Shown: piece by piece, positions 37,166 through 51,706 of the stretch
Layout: each line of letters opens with the position of its first letter
Numbering within the stretch: the first letter of the stretch is position 1
Source of the DNA: Lingula anatina
Taxonomy: Eukaryota > Animalia > Brachiopoda
Length of the DNA: 64,000 nucleotides
Assembly: GCA_051362555.1 (NCBI GenBank)
Contig: CM120646.1
Span: 12,958,001 to 13,022,000, forward strand
Direction: 5' to 3'
Made by a program: the position numbers and the translations under genes
Notes under the pieces: generated by a model
What the model was told of the DNA's origin: nothing
Seen by the model: the letters and a program-made list of their open reading frames with translations, nothing else
Databases searched by the model: none

Positions 37166-40100
37166 TTCAAGTCCTAATGGAAATTCCTCCCTCTACAGGC
37201 AAATGTCTATTGTAGAAAAGCTCCCAGAGTGCTTAAATGTGGGGTTTTATAACCACTTAAAGTGTTAATTGCAATATTTCCAACAGAACTCACTCTCAGG
37301 GTACCTGTCTGTCAAGGTAATTAATTGTAGCACAGGTGTAATATCAATTTGATAAAAGTTAGGGGTGGTGAATTCAGAGCTTCACAGGATTTTATTCTAT
37401 TAATACATGGCTGTTATTATTACAGATATATTAGTTATTTTAATTAGCATATGATAAACTGAAGGAAACTGATTGCCCAATTCTGCAAACACCAAATATT
37501 CTCTATTTTCTTATATATTTTCATCTCTGTAAAGTTTACAAGGAAATGATAGAAATACATAGCCAATTAATGGCATCACAGTTGTTTTTCACAAAAAACA
37601 GTTGAAAACAAAATTGTAGGGAAAGCTTCTGAGTAAAAAAAGTAATAAATAATGGTTACTTTTAAAAAAGGTATTTTATCTTTTTGTATCAGACAAAGCC
37701 AGAGTACCAGTATGATTCCAGAGAAAGGACCTGACGTCAGCCTCCCTGCATGCATTATTTGATCAGAGAGCAGCAAGAAGTTTATCTATCAGTTTGAACA
37801 CTGCAGTTGTTGTATACTTAGTGAACCAAGATGGACACTGACACTTTAAAAGCTACAGTTTAACTTAAATACTGGTTAATTGCTTTGGTTCCCATGGAAT
37901 TTTCACCAGAATATATTACCTTCATAACTCAAGGAGCATTAGGATTGTTGTCATCCAGAACTTTATTTTGATCAAATCAAGTCTTGTAGGTTGACACCTC
38001 AAGACTTTCATATCCATTAATTAGAATATTTCAAAATATTTTGGCCAAATGACATAAACATACACTTTTATATTGTTCCCATTATGATTCTGAGGTGGCA
38101 ATAGTGGGGGTGCAGGTGCTGTGGTACATAGATGCTGCTTTACTTTTCATTAAGGTTTAACATTAAGTTTTTAAATTAAGTTTTGTATACTCATAATAAA
38201 AGAGTGAATACTTACAGCTAAAACTTAGCTAATTCCTCAAACAGTAACAGTGCTCACATCACTGTTAAATCACCATTGCTGTATACCATCTTGTACTATA
38301 AAATTCCTTGGACATAAAATGTTCATATAAAAGTGAACTGACATCTACTGAATGTTTCCTCGAGCTGAATAGGCAAGAACAGATTTGGGTGTACGTTCCT
38401 TTCAGCTCAGCTCTGTTCTTCTTTGTCTGCCATCCGAATGAAGCTCAACCTTTTAAAATTTCTATACTGGTACCAATGCATGTATCAGAGCCAACACCAA
38501 CATATCCTGTGTCAATTGCAGTAAATTATGGTCCAAAATAATGGGAATTACAGCATTTGGCAAAAATGTTAACACCAGTACATCGATGCTGAAGGCCTGT
38601 CCAGTTTCAGAGACAGAAAAATATCCTGGTTCACCAGTTTAAAAACTTGTTCAGTTTTAGAATCAAAGAAACTCAGAATGCTTCCTGCAAACCTCTAGCC
38701 CTAGGTATCTCTGTGCTTCTACTGTTGCTCCCAGTGTCTGTACTGAGTTGCCTTTGGCTGCCTTCAAGCTGAGCACTCTGTTTAGAAATCACAGTGTGTT
38801 GTACACAGACACTGAACAACTAGATATGTATAGTGCATTCTTCAACAGATCAAACCGACAGCTTCATCTAGTGAATACAGCAAGTGTAAGATAATATATT
38901 CATAAGGTCTTAATCCTCTTCAAATTTCTATTATCCCAACTGTTTCCAGTTTAAAGGATTTCACATTACTGAACAGAACTCAAAGCCCTGTTCTACTGAG
39001 ACACCTATTACACACAAGAAAAAAGTAGTTGTTCCTTACAAGAAGACAGAGATAGACTGAGTAGCAAAGCACAGGGCAAAGGAATGATAGGCTGCACACA
39101 TCTAGATGAGAACACACCCCTCCACTTATCAATCAGCCACTCTCTTCCTGGTAATATTCTTGGTAATCACCTAAAATCCGCCAGACTACCAGCTTGCTGC
39201 TGTGTAGAAAACATTAGGTCAAGCCAGGGTCTAGTCTTAATGGCATCAATAAATATAAGACTAGAGAATGTTAATTGATTAATTTTAGTTGTACTGGACC
39301 ATTTAACCTGCTTGCCTTGACAGAAACAAGGACCATACAAGAAATATAGTTAAATAATTAATCAAATTGTGCAAATATGGCGTATATATCAAACTCCTTG
39401 TATCTTGTCTTTGGTCCATATATATATATAAAATGAAATAAAAAAAAAATAATGTTTTATAACTGCTCACTGACAGACACTTAAAACTTACAAAAGTCCA
39501 TAGACACCATACAGAAACCCAGACGAAAGCACAAACAAGTCCATGTGCCCATCTACCTGTCAATAAACCATTTCCAGATCTCAACAATCTAAAGTTTGGA
39601 TCAAGCTGTAAATATTTCTCCTCTGCACATCCTTTCTGGTCCTTTAATCTGGCCCTCTATCTCCTGGAGCCATCTTCAATCTCACGGTGCTATTAATCTA
39701 ACACTGTTTACTGTGGCCAGGTGCTATGATGTTCAAACTTGATTGGATAATTCATGGACAAACATCAACATCTCTACAACCACTACTACATCAAGTCTGC
39801 TGCGACTACGCTCTACAATCTTTTCTCTGGAGTTGCATTGTCCGTCTTGTAAATGCCAAAAAACCCTAGATACAACATAAAAAATGCCATAAAATTTATT
39901 GCAAATTGTTCTCCTTTAGGAAGCTGTCGATGTATTACTACTAGTTTGGGGGGAATTGGATAATATAATATCTTTATCATAACTTTAGAATGATCTGAAG
40001 GTTCTTATACAGAAAAAAACTTGGAAGAACTTGAGACCATTTATCACGGTATGACATCTTTGCAACTGGTATAGTTTTCAAACTACTTAAAGAAGACATG

Positions 40101-41174
40101 CATTGTTCTGGCGAATACTGCAGATGCTCCAGTATCTACTGCAAGAGATCCCATGCACCTGAACCCTGCTGTAGAGGCTGTTTTCTCTCACCTGCCATTG
40201 CCAGACTCTCTGCCAGTCCAACACCTCACTCCACAGGCGGGCTCTGATGGGAGATTTGGGAAATTGCATAAATATTTGACATTTCATTATCATATTTATC
40301 CAATCATTTCATTACACCTGCCTGCCCTCCCCCTCTATATACATAACACAGATGTCCAGCCTCTCATTCAAATTCAATTGAATGAATGAATTCAATATTA
40401 AAATCTGTGGCCCCTTCTTTATGTTATCTTATTAAATTTTATTTATTCATTCAATTTTTTTTATATCCACTGTATTCAAATGGTTTTCAATCATCTTTTT
40501 ATTCATGTTATTTTACCACAGCATAGCAAACTGCAAGTGATGGTTATGCTAAATGACAGTTCATTTGTGTTTATCAGGAATGACAATTATTTCACCATTT
40601 TTCAAACTATTCTTGAGATAGTAAACATGGGGGCTTAAATATTGATATGGTGAAAACTTAAGACCTGGTAAAACAAAACTTATGTTACCAGCATGTGCAT
40701 GAATGGTTATCTACTACTTTGAAGTGAAAAAGACCAGCTATTAATTTAGGTTTTCATCTGACACTGATACACTCTCTGCTACAGCAGGGTCTTTGATTTT
40801 TGGCTTAGATAAAAAATAAAGAGGAAGAAGGCCAGATTCTTTTCATAGAATTATTTATAACCCAACATTTCTGATACATATCTAGCTGTACACCTCCAAA
40901 TATTGCCTGTCCATTCAAGGAAATCTGCCATGTTCTTGGAAATATGAGAAACTCATGGCATTTTTTCTCAGACAAGTACAAACCTGTGCCTATTGCTTGT
41001 CATTTCAATTCAAAGACCCTTTTCCTCCACACAAATATCTGGCTAATTTTAGAGAATGCTGTCTAGAATTTAACAAACATCTGTTTGATATTTTCAGTTT
41101 TTGTACAGTATAAAATGACCAGTGGATTACCCTAACCAAGACAGGAAAACTCACATTATGAATTAACTGGCTAA

Positions 41175-41389
41175 AGGCGCATTCAGATTTACAGATAGTA
41201 ATAGCTGGGTCGGTCCAACTCTTCAGGGGATTCCTGCTAAAATGCAATCAGCTGAATCAGCACATGATAATTAGTTACCCCCTAGCTGCTTGAGGAGGCA
41301 TGTTAGATAATTAAGCTGATTCCACTGATTGCACTTAAGCTAAAGTTGGACCAACCCAGATAGTAGGATGTGTGAATCTGAATGCGGTC
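41175..41389. mobile_element. Diverged Harbinger-like MITE
   Basis: TAA|AGGCGCATTCAGATTTACA...TGTGAATCTGAATGCGGTC|TTA; internal remnants of family A motifs. Confidence 0.7.
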
Positions 41390-41878
41390 TTAGAAACCAA
41401 TGTGTTGATATCTTATATCATTCCAAAGTGAACATGTAATGTGGCCTAAAACCCTTAGTATGTATGCTTTCAATCACCCACCCAGAGTATCAAGTCACTT
41501 TTGAATGTGAATATCATATGCTGCCTCTGAAACCTTTTCTCCCTGGTTATCTCTGCCTCTGCAACAAGGCATTAAAGCTACCTGTCTCTTCCAGTTTTAT
41601 TTTTAAGGCATAGCACTAATGATGTACACATAACAGAGACTTATTCCACATTCAGGAGGCAAAAGAGGGGAACTTGTAGCAGTTAAAGTTGATTCTTTTA
41701 AGGCTTCATTGACGCAAAGCAATTGCTGGGAGGTTAGAGAGGAAATTGACCACTGATGAGATGGAGCATGTTGTGGTGCCAGGGTGATAAGCTATCTGTC
41801 TGTGGCCAGACACCGAGGTAGACCTACCACTTTCTGTCCAGGCTGCCAGCTACAGTTCAATTTTCAAAGAGATACTAA

Positions 41879-42180
41879 GATCGCATTCACAACGAGTTGA
41901 GCCAGGCTTTACAAATCCTGGGGACTAAATATGGTGGTCGTACATGAAAGAAAAACCGCCTAATCTTTTAATAGTCTCTCTGCCTCTCACACGCCTCCCC
42001 ACACGTCGTCCCTGCAGGGGGACAGTCATTAAATCTCGGCTCCATTGGGACGACACATGGGGAGGCGTGTGAGAGGCAGAGAGACTATTAAAAGATTAGG
42101 CGGTTTTTCTTTCATGTACGTCCACCATATTTAGTCCCCAGGATTTCTAAAGCCTGACTCAACTCGTTGTGAATGCGATC
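41879..42180. mobile_element. Full-length fold-back MITE family B
   Basis: About 130-bp inverted arms GATCGCATTCACAACGAG...CTCGTTGTGAATGCGATC, flanks TAA/TTA. Confidence 0.92.
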
Positions 42181-43131
42181 TTAGAGTGTTTGATCTAAAA
42201 TGAAACAATACAACAACTGACAACTTAAAATTTGATAAATGTTTAATCCAGTATAAATTTTTATAAAAAAAAGAAATCTTAAAAAAAAATCTGTTATATG
42301 TTCATGATTGACTAGATCTGTTTGGTCTATAAGATTTTAGCCATAGTTTAAATTCCACTACCCTGAGTGTCAGAGAAACGTAAAAGCTAGCTTGCTAAAT
42401 ATACCTCGTGGTGGAGTCGCTTTTTCTGGTATTGTTGATGTGGGTTATATATGAAATCAAGATCGAGCTGACAATACCGGAATCTAGAACCTAGGGTGAA
42501 TTCCACAATCTATCTTTGTCTTTGAACAGCAGAGGAAAATTGGTCTTGCACTTGCATTAATGTATTAGAGATGAGAGGGAGTCACCTGAAAATCATCAGA
42601 ATAGTTATGGTACTGAGCAAATGAGTTTTTTTATTAGTGTGAACATCACAGGTGAGGCTGGGAAATAATAGATCATGATCACAAACTTAAACTGAAGCTT
42701 TCCACACATATGACAGTGTGGCCACTCTAACATGAACAGCATTTTGAGTATTTGACAGAAGAGAGAGCTGTTGGTGAGGAACTGATCGCCTCTAGCCTGC
42801 AGACTCAGTCTGGTATCTGGACATGTGGTATAAAGCAACCTGACAGACTGTCCTCTCCAATATTCACACACATGTCTCATACTGGGAACTTGAAGTGCTT
42901 CTGTCTGTTCCTCTTCTTTTATAACAATGCATGAAGATCTCCCCACTTACCAACTTGTTATGATGTTGTTGGTTTATGGGAATATTTATTTTGTTTCAAA
43001 TATTCACAATGAGAATTTGCATAACGACAGTCTACACATCTAGGTTCTCAACAACAGATACGCTGCCTAGCTTTGCTTCCTCTCTCATGCCAAAAAGCCT
43101 TTGTATTGCTGAATTTTATGGACAAATATAA

Positions 43132-43196
43132 GGGACCGTTCACATGCGAATAGAAAATAGATTTTTAGAAAATAGACTTTCCATGTGAACGGTCCC
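43132..43196. mobile_element. 65-bp minimal Harbinger-like MITE (family C relative)
   Basis: TAA|GGGACCGTTCACATG...CATGTGAACGGTCCC|TAA; internal AGAAAATAGA repeats shared with the 54607 element. Confidence 0.85.
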
Positions 43197-46100
43197 TAAG
43201 ATGCATAATTACCTTACTGCATGTATACCGTTTCTATTTAATATCTTACTGCTCTGTACCTATAGAATCCTTTGCCCAGTATACCTTATATCTCACATTG
43301 TTTTGAACTGCCCATGTGGTTGTGATTTCAATCAACCGACCAAAAAAATAGAAACACAGCAAGTTCATTGTGCTAAACTTGTCAATGAGGCATGAGGAAG
43401 AAACAACACATTTTTCCTATTAATGGTAAGCTAAGAATACATTAGACTTGGCCTAAATTTAAGTTTTCTTTGAAAATAGTGGAACATTTTGCGACCACAC
43501 ATGGCGAGACGAAAATCTGTCTTTCAAAGGTGCTTGATTCAGCAAAATGAGATTACACTGACCAATATGCAATTTTGTTTTCAGCTACACTTAAAAAACA
43601 TAATCAGAGTTTCCAGTATGATTGCACCTTTCAGAGGGTATTATGTCACAAATTTATGCAAAATTACATCCATGACTTTGTCACAAATTTGCACTTAGAA
43701 GTGATTCATAAATTTCTCAGTTACACATTCAAAATGATCCCCAAGTGAAAAACCAAATACAAACCTGATAACCTTATTAAATGATCTCTGTTCTGTTTAT
43801 CTTCAACATTTCCAAATTTGTGTCTATTCTTTCACCACTATTCTTTTTTTTTATTCTAACCACATCCACCCTTACATTCCCTTTCTGTCAAAAAAAAAAA
43901 AAAAAAAAAAAGACTCTTGTCCTGACAGCATGGTGATGGTTTTGTGTGAAAAAAGTCTTTAGAGAAAGAAATCCAATATCTGTCCCCAAATAAGGTGTAT
44001 GCCACTGCCTGTATTGTTTCAATATAATTAACCCAATTAAATGACCATGGAGTGGCAGTGGTCAATTTAATTTAGGGGGGGGGGGGGGGGGGGAAACAGG
44101 TACATTCTCTTGTGTGACCCAGACAATCAGTTTTATTAATTGTCTCCTTTTCAGCCTTAAAGCAGTTCTGAGTTAAGACCTGTTGGAAGGGGTTTAAATT
44201 GGAAGCAGTGAGGCAGTCCTAATGGCCCTTCCATTAGCACTGGGCATGTCCAGAGACCACACAGCAAAGGTCAGGCACTGTCACAGTGAATTAAACTGTC
44301 ACAGCTCTTGGAAATGTCACCCCCAGATTAACCTGTCACATATTTAAACTGCTATTTGACAGAGTGTCACCTGTTTCATTTCTTGTCTCTTCCACAAAGA
44401 GAGAGAGAGAGAGAGAGAGGGTTTAGGTACCAATGAGTGCTGATATTGTACTACAAATTGAATCCAATGCATTACATCCATTACCTTGGAGCTGACTTTT
44501 TTCCGTGAAAAACATTAAGCACCTCTTGATTTTCTCTGTTAAAATTCCCTATTTAAGCATGTCACTGAATTGGTGACAATTTTTTTACAGGTAATTAAAT
44601 ATATATAATTTCTTTCTACATGTGTTCTTTTTAAATTGTATTATTATGCTAGTTTTTTAACAGTTACTTACCTATCTCTTCTGACAGTGTTCTTTTTTCT
44701 TTTCTGGGGTAATCTTTTTTTCTAATTCCTGTAATACAAAACCCATTTCTTCAAAATTCTAATGATTAAGAATTCACTAGAGTTAAAAACTATTTCAATA
44801 ATATTAAATAACATTAATATATATATATATATTATGTTTGATTATTTTCACATCAGATATAATAATCACACTTTTGGTGTTTTTTCTCACAGCATTTCCA
44901 CATTTTTTCAAAATTTTGATCTCTCCAGATCATGCTTTGAAAATTTGCTGACTTCACTGTAAAAAGCTAGTATTTCCATCTTCTACCATTCTAAATCTGT
45001 ACATCTGCATTCTTTATTTCCAACTACTTACATGATATTTTATATTAATGTAAAGTTAAATTACCTAAACAGGGCATATTTGAATTATAAGGTTATTATT
45101 ATCGTTAATTGTAAATAAAAACCCTCCAGTGCCTTTTATGTATGCAGTCTTTCCTAATCATACATCTTAATACTCTAAATTTTGGAGCAGCGCTCAATCG
45201 TTATAATTCACCATCTTTCTTGCCCCATACTTAATTTTAAAATGACCCATTAAACAAAACGCACATGTTGCCTTTCAATAATGAGGAGCTTTTCCAATTA
45301 AATAACAAATCCACTTTTCCTTACCCAACACAGCAGCAAGTTTCAATGGATTTTCACTTCCGTTTATTTACATTTGCTATTAAGTACAAGAGAAAGTAGT
45401 TTTGGCAGCACTGCCTTACAACAGTGGCAGGCTTCCCGTCATTAAGAGTTTCCTTGATATAGGTTTTCAGAAAGAACTTAACAGAAATTCTTACAGATGT
45501 CAAATCTGTGATGAATTAACGCAATGAGCTATGTAGAAAATGTTTGACAAGCACTGCTTTCTTCAACAAAATTTATTTTTTATAAATTTTTTTTCTTTTT
45601 TTGTAATCATCACTGATTAAAGGAGAGCATATAATGCTAAATGTGATTTGCCTTCTTTTCTTACTTTTCAATAAGCCTTGTTTAAAAAAATAATTTACAA
45701 TGTACATACATGTTTGAAAACCCTTCCCTCGTTAGTTTTTTTCTCCATTTTCATCTCCAATGATCAAACAATACTTCTCACAAAACTGAGCTTACTGTAA
45801 AAAAAAATCATTTGAAACGCAGCAAGTTTGAACAAATCACACCCTATTATTGAATCTGAAAAGTTAAAAAGACTTGGGTCATGAATTTTCCATAAAAAGG
45901 CAATTATTGTTGCCACACAAGTTGGCTTGCATTCAAATGTCATGGGAAAGGGCTTCTTTCTAATTTGGCACAGAACAAGGCAAAGAAAGAGCCTTTCATT
46001 GAGAGATAATTGCTGCCAACAGTGTTCCTCCAAAAGAAATAACAGTTAAAAAATGAAAAAGTTCATATTTTTTTCTTGAAGGGGTGTGTGTGTGTGCGCA

Positions 46101-47171
46101 ATACCAATTGCATTACCTTAGTTTTAGTTTAAAATAAGTGAACATTTGTCATCATCCAACAATTTTGTGAGAGACATACAAAACACAAAACTGATCCCAA
46201 TAAAACCTGAAAAAAGGGGGAAATATATATTGGGAACAGTTTTACGGTTTCAGTGTTTAAACACATGCATATTGCTTCAACATGTATCAAAAACTAAATT
46301 CTTTTTTTGTCCAAAAATTAGGAAGGATCCCCACGTTTGTTTGCATCACACCTAGGAAAAACCAACAAGTAATAATAATAATAATTATCTAGGACATAGA
46401 ATCCCAACATAAAGCTACATTTCAACAACTTACTGAAGAGGACAATTGAAAACAATTTTGAAAACCTCTCGGAATTAAATTTGGATGTCTGGTGACATAT
46501 ATCCAAGTTTGGTTTCCTCCCTTTTTCTGACTCACTGCACTTACTATCTTCTGATTACTATAGCACATTCTTGTAACATCAGGAGAGGCCATGTCAAACA
46601 ATATAAACGGAAGTGTTGAACAGAACATCTGTTTACACAACAATCCTCAAGTGTGTGTTGAATCCAGATAAGCAAATGAAACACAACTTGGCATAACACT
46701 CCCACTATGATCCCACAGTGATGACTGCCTTTTTCCTAATCCCCCTCTCCCTCCAAAGTCCTGGGGTGGAGGCCGGGGAGGGAGGAGGGAAGAGGTGAGC
46801 AATTTTCATTAAAACATTTAAGCTCTGTACTGATTGAAACATATGAAAAAAGTGACCTCCCATATGCTGTGAACCATTGTTGTTATACATTTATTTAAAA
46901 AAAATCTGTAAAAATACAATGAACAATGTGGATGTACCTTTCCCAACTTCCAGACCATCTCGTCAGTGTGTTGACTATATCTCTATCTGTATACTATCTG
47001 TATGCCCTTTCTCTGACTGCCCATGGACTATCTGAGAGCTGACAGGGGGTGGAAGTAAGGGATCACATTACTAGATAGGGTATACATAGTATTTTTTTTC
47101 TAGTGTCTTGAAATAATGGGCTTACACAAGTTTTTTTTTCATCCTTAGTTAAAAATGCTATTGTAGTCTTA

Positions 47172-47465
47172 GGGAGTGTTCACATCGAGAAGAGCCGCAA
47201 CCTAAATATGGTCGACCTACATAAAAGGAAGACCGCTAATCCTGTAATGATCTCTCTGCCTCTCACACGCCTCCCACACGTCCTCCCTGCAGGGGAACAG
47301 TAATTAAATCTCGGCTCAATTCAACCTGTCTTGGGACAACGCATGGGGAGGCGTGTGAGAGGCGGAGAGACCATTACAGGATTAGCGGTCTTCCTTTCAT
47401 GTAGGTCCGCCATATTTAGGTCGTGGCCTTACTAGACCTTGGCTCTTCTCAATGTGAATGCTCCC
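47172..47465. mobile_element. Fold-back MITE, family B relative
   Basis: TTA|GGGAGTGTTCACA...TGTGAATGCTCCC|TTA; core TCTCACACGCCTCCC / GGGGAGGCGTGTGAGAGG shared with family B. Confidence 0.88.
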
Positions 47466-48330
47466 TTAGTAATGTATTTTTATAAGACATTGTTACGTCA
47501 TATCATCTGTACTAGTACTACTGACATAAATATATAAATGTATTGGACATTTGTTTTGGCACATAAAGTAGAGTTTAAACCATATCAAAACTTTCATCCC
47601 TTTGTTTCACATGTGGTAAAAATATTTTATTTTGGGTGTACAGAAAATAATGCGCATAATGTTTTATGCATTCATGTATTGGAATTGTCTCCTTCAATAG
47701 GCTATTTAAAAAAAGCCCAGAAGTGAGTCTTCAGTAACCTGATCAGATATGATAACTAAAAACACTTGAAAGTAGTTGAGCTGTGAAACTAAGTATTGAC
47801 CAAAGACGGACAATAATACTAGAGATACAACTTGAAACATAGACCATAGCCTGTCACAACACTGACTTTGTTTACACCATCGGATTTCTTTTAAGCACTC
47901 TTGTTCCCAACCCATACATTTAGTACCCTTTTCACATGTTATCAAGACAGATTTTTTTAGGCATTATAAACAAAATCATCATTTGTGACTTCTTACCATT
48001 TTTTACTTCCAGCCACAGATTTGTGATTGCCAAACTGACAACTTAAGCTGGATTATCATGGTGCCATTGCATAACTACTTGTTGCAAGTACCACAAAATA
48101 AAACATGAACAAGGTCCCTCATCTTTATCAATAGTGCATTACTCCTGTCTTAATATTTTGTGGTTGAGAAAAAGAAACCATATGTAAACAGAGAGAGACC
48201 CTAAGTGCTTACTTATGTACTAGTATGCCTAATCCCTCTTTTTGATCACAGTCACCAAAGTTTGTAACTTTTGAAAATGCTGTTTATTCCCACAACTCAG
48301 TTCTTATACAGGTAACCAAAAAAAAAAAAA

Positions 48331-48342
48331 TAATAATAATAA

Positions 48343-48402
<60 letters not shown>

Positions 48403-48406
48403 AATA
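48331..48406. repeat. (AAT)n/(AAAT)n microsatellite
   Basis: Directly visible. Confidence 0.92.
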
Positions 48407-51400
48407 ATTTGATATCATAATTCATGAAATGTAACCAAAAAAGATTGACTTTAAAATCATTATTTGTATAATGTGATAACAAAAGCATTGAGCCAAACTA
48501 GTTTTTCACTATTATCCACAAAAATGCTGTAAGGTACTAACACCAGCCCAGTGCAAAAAAGACATGACACGAACACTTGATGTTAACACACGGCGCATGC
48601 AGCAGTGTGTGTGGTAATGTGGGCAGTGTTAGTATGGACAGGAACATCAAAGGTATCCTCCCTCTGCTATCAGGAGATAACACCATTCTGTATGTCTGCC
48701 CATGATAACATCTGAATGCTTCACATTGCTGAAAGTTCACAACAACTGCTACTGACAATTCCAACTTGTAACAGAGGTACTAACACTTCCAGTTCTCATT
48801 GTTCTTGCATGGTATAAATGTTGTCAAATCCATCCTCCATAGAAATCTTATAGCTATACTTTTTTACTTTTTTTTCTTGTAAAAATATATCAACTCATCT
48901 ACACTCAGAATACCAGTATACTGTACTAATATTTAATTACTGTTGTGTTAAATTGACTAAAATGAATATGTATATTTAAAAAATTGAAAAGAAAATTAAT
49001 AAGGAGCTAACACATATGGTCTACCAACAAAGTAAACTTGATATGACTCAAACATTTCATAAAAATAAATTTGGATCTTATTTTCAAAATGTTTATCCCT
49101 AGACATCCACTGGCAATTTCATATTTCAGATCCTAATCAGAGTATCTAAAATTTTTTTTACAAATCAAGAAATACAAAACCAAATATGTAATCTCAAAGC
49201 AGGAAGCTACTTTCAAAACTGTTTGTCCATAAGAAGTAAACCCATTATGACCTTAACCTCCCCCCCCCCCAACACACACACACACACACATGCACGCACA
49301 CTCATACTCTCTTTCATCCCACTTTGATGACCAGGCATGTGTAAGCACTGGAGTTCTCTGATATGGACAGACAGACAACAGCAGAGATGCTCTTTCCAAG
49401 TGCAGGACACCTTTGATGAGGGGGTTCCATTTCACAGCTCCCACAGGCAGTTTCTGGCCACGGTATCTCACTAACCTTTGCCAATCAGCGGAAGTGAATT
49501 ATCTAGGAGTTGGAATCAGATGAGCTTTTTTTTCTTTCCTAAGAAGAGGACAAACCCAGGAGAGGCACACCATGTTTTTTTTTCTTCAAGAATACAGCAT
49601 TTATTCTACTCACTTGCTATCAGATCACTGGTTGATTGCAGCCTAAATTTTGATCCACAAGATGCTCTATTTTGGGGTGGTCCTGAAATACAAAAAAAAA
49701 AACTTCTAAAATAAAATTTAAAAAGAATCTCCAGGTTTAAAAAGTGTTCAGCTTGTGATCACTTGAAACCTATAATCAAACCATCATATCCTCAGGATCC
49801 CTTATGACCAGGTCAGAAACATGAGAAACATGAGAAGTCACAACCCCTCATTACAACATACATATATTGAAAACTGATCTCAAACTTCTCCACAGGAAAA
49901 CAATATGGAGACAAAAACCAAATTACCAGCTCATAAACCATTGTTTAAAGATTGATAACACTTGGAACCAAACAGATCTTCAGAATGTTAACTTTGTTTA
50001 TCTTACAACTTGAGGATTATCTCCAAACCCCCAAACAATGCACAGGAAATAGTGGTGGGTATTCTGAGTAAATATTTTGGATGCCCATTTATACACTTAA
50101 TTAACAGCTGATCAGAGTTATGAGCAGGGGTCTGATCTTGCAAACACACACATACTCACTAAATACACCAAATATGTGTTGTTTATGTGTTAAACATGGC
50201 AGACTTAAATATGTAGTGTTCAGCTTACATCCCTTTTTAAAACAAAAAGTATACAAATATTTGCATGGCCTAAAGTAAAGTTTCCCAGAGGAATAAAATG
50301 AAAAAGGCTGTAGTCATCAAACAGATTATCATCTATAGAAAAGTGTAGTATTTACTTATTTCTTGTGACACCATTGGTGAACTCCTTTTTCTTTTTTTCT
50401 GACTTACTTGGATGTTGGTAAAATACTTATTCAAATAATCTATAAAATAGGTTTAACAAAAGAAATCAACTTACAACCTGTATTTTAAGATGAATAAACA
50501 GATATAAAACTCAAATGGAAAAAAACTTTAAAACAGATTTCGAGATTATTATAAAAAAAAAAATAATAAAATAAAATTAAAAAAAAAAAAAAAACATCAA
50601 TTTATGCAAAGGTTAGGAATGTCATGAAACAAGCAAAAACATAAAAACACTACCTTTCTGCTCTTTCTTTCTGTTACAGTGTCTTGAGCTGGTAGGATGA
50701 AATCAGTGACGAGTGCTTCCCTGCCACTGAGAAGGGGTGGTCCTGTATCTCCACCAAGTTGGAGGAAATTCTCGGCTTCATTGGCTGTGATGGAAAAGTC
50801 CATTACCGCTGTGAGGGAGGATGGAATGCTGAAGTCCAGAACCTTGGGACCTGCTAACAAAAACAACCTTTTTGGTGGCATTTGAAAATGCTGAAATCAT
50901 CAACTTATCTATTGTTTTAAAGAAAGAAAGGCATTTGAAATACCAATGTTGAATTGGTGGTAGTAATAAGATCATTTTGGTCCATTATCATTAAAGTAAA
51001 CCAAATATTTACATACCTACTGTGTTTTTTATGGACAACATATTTACATATTTTACACACACACACAGTCTATTTAACATTAGGTACATTTCCTTTCTAA
51101 TTTTTTGTTCTTCTCATTTTGAACATATAATGAAATAGGCAAAAAATTACCCTAACTACTTAGAATGAACACTAATATTGGGTGTGTTTTTGGTTTAAAA
51201 TATGTACACATAATTTCATATTTAAAAATTTGATATCATAATTGGAGACTTGGGTAATGGACAAATATGCAAAAATACAAGAAGAAGAATGGAATTTTAC
51301 ATCATTTTGAATATAGCATCTGTGAACTACTGAGTAAAATATTAAGCCAGGCAGTTAATAAGTGAATTTGAAGACTCCCGAGTAAAAACTTCTGGAAAAT

Positions 51401-51443
51401 CTATTCCAGATGAAGTTTGTATGGTCAGCTTTGAAGCCATTGG

Positions 51444-51706
51444 CAGGGCCGTAGCCTCCGGGGGGGCAGGGGGGGCAGCTGCCCCCCCTGGGATTTGAGG
51501 TGCAAAAAAAAAAATCGCAATTTCTGACTTCTGATTGAGCAATAAATAACAGTTAAAATGCACCAGAATGCAGTATTATACATACAGTTTTTAAATTTTT
51601 TCCACACCGTGGGACACCCCCTCCCACAACCTCCCCACTCAGGGGGCTTTGCCCCCTCGTGTCCGCTTACTGCCCCCCCTGGCATTTTGCTCAGGCTACG
51701 GCCCTG
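51444..51706. mobile_element. GC-rich non-autonomous DNA transposon with CAG termini and 6-bp TSD
   Basis: CATTGG|CAGGGCCGTAGCCT ... AGGCTACGGCCCTG|CATTGG (perfect 14-bp TIR). Confidence 0.9.

Noticed and set aside
39557-39865. Possible minus-strand exon (donor CAG|GTAGAT)
   Set aside because: Weak splice signals and no supporting frame.
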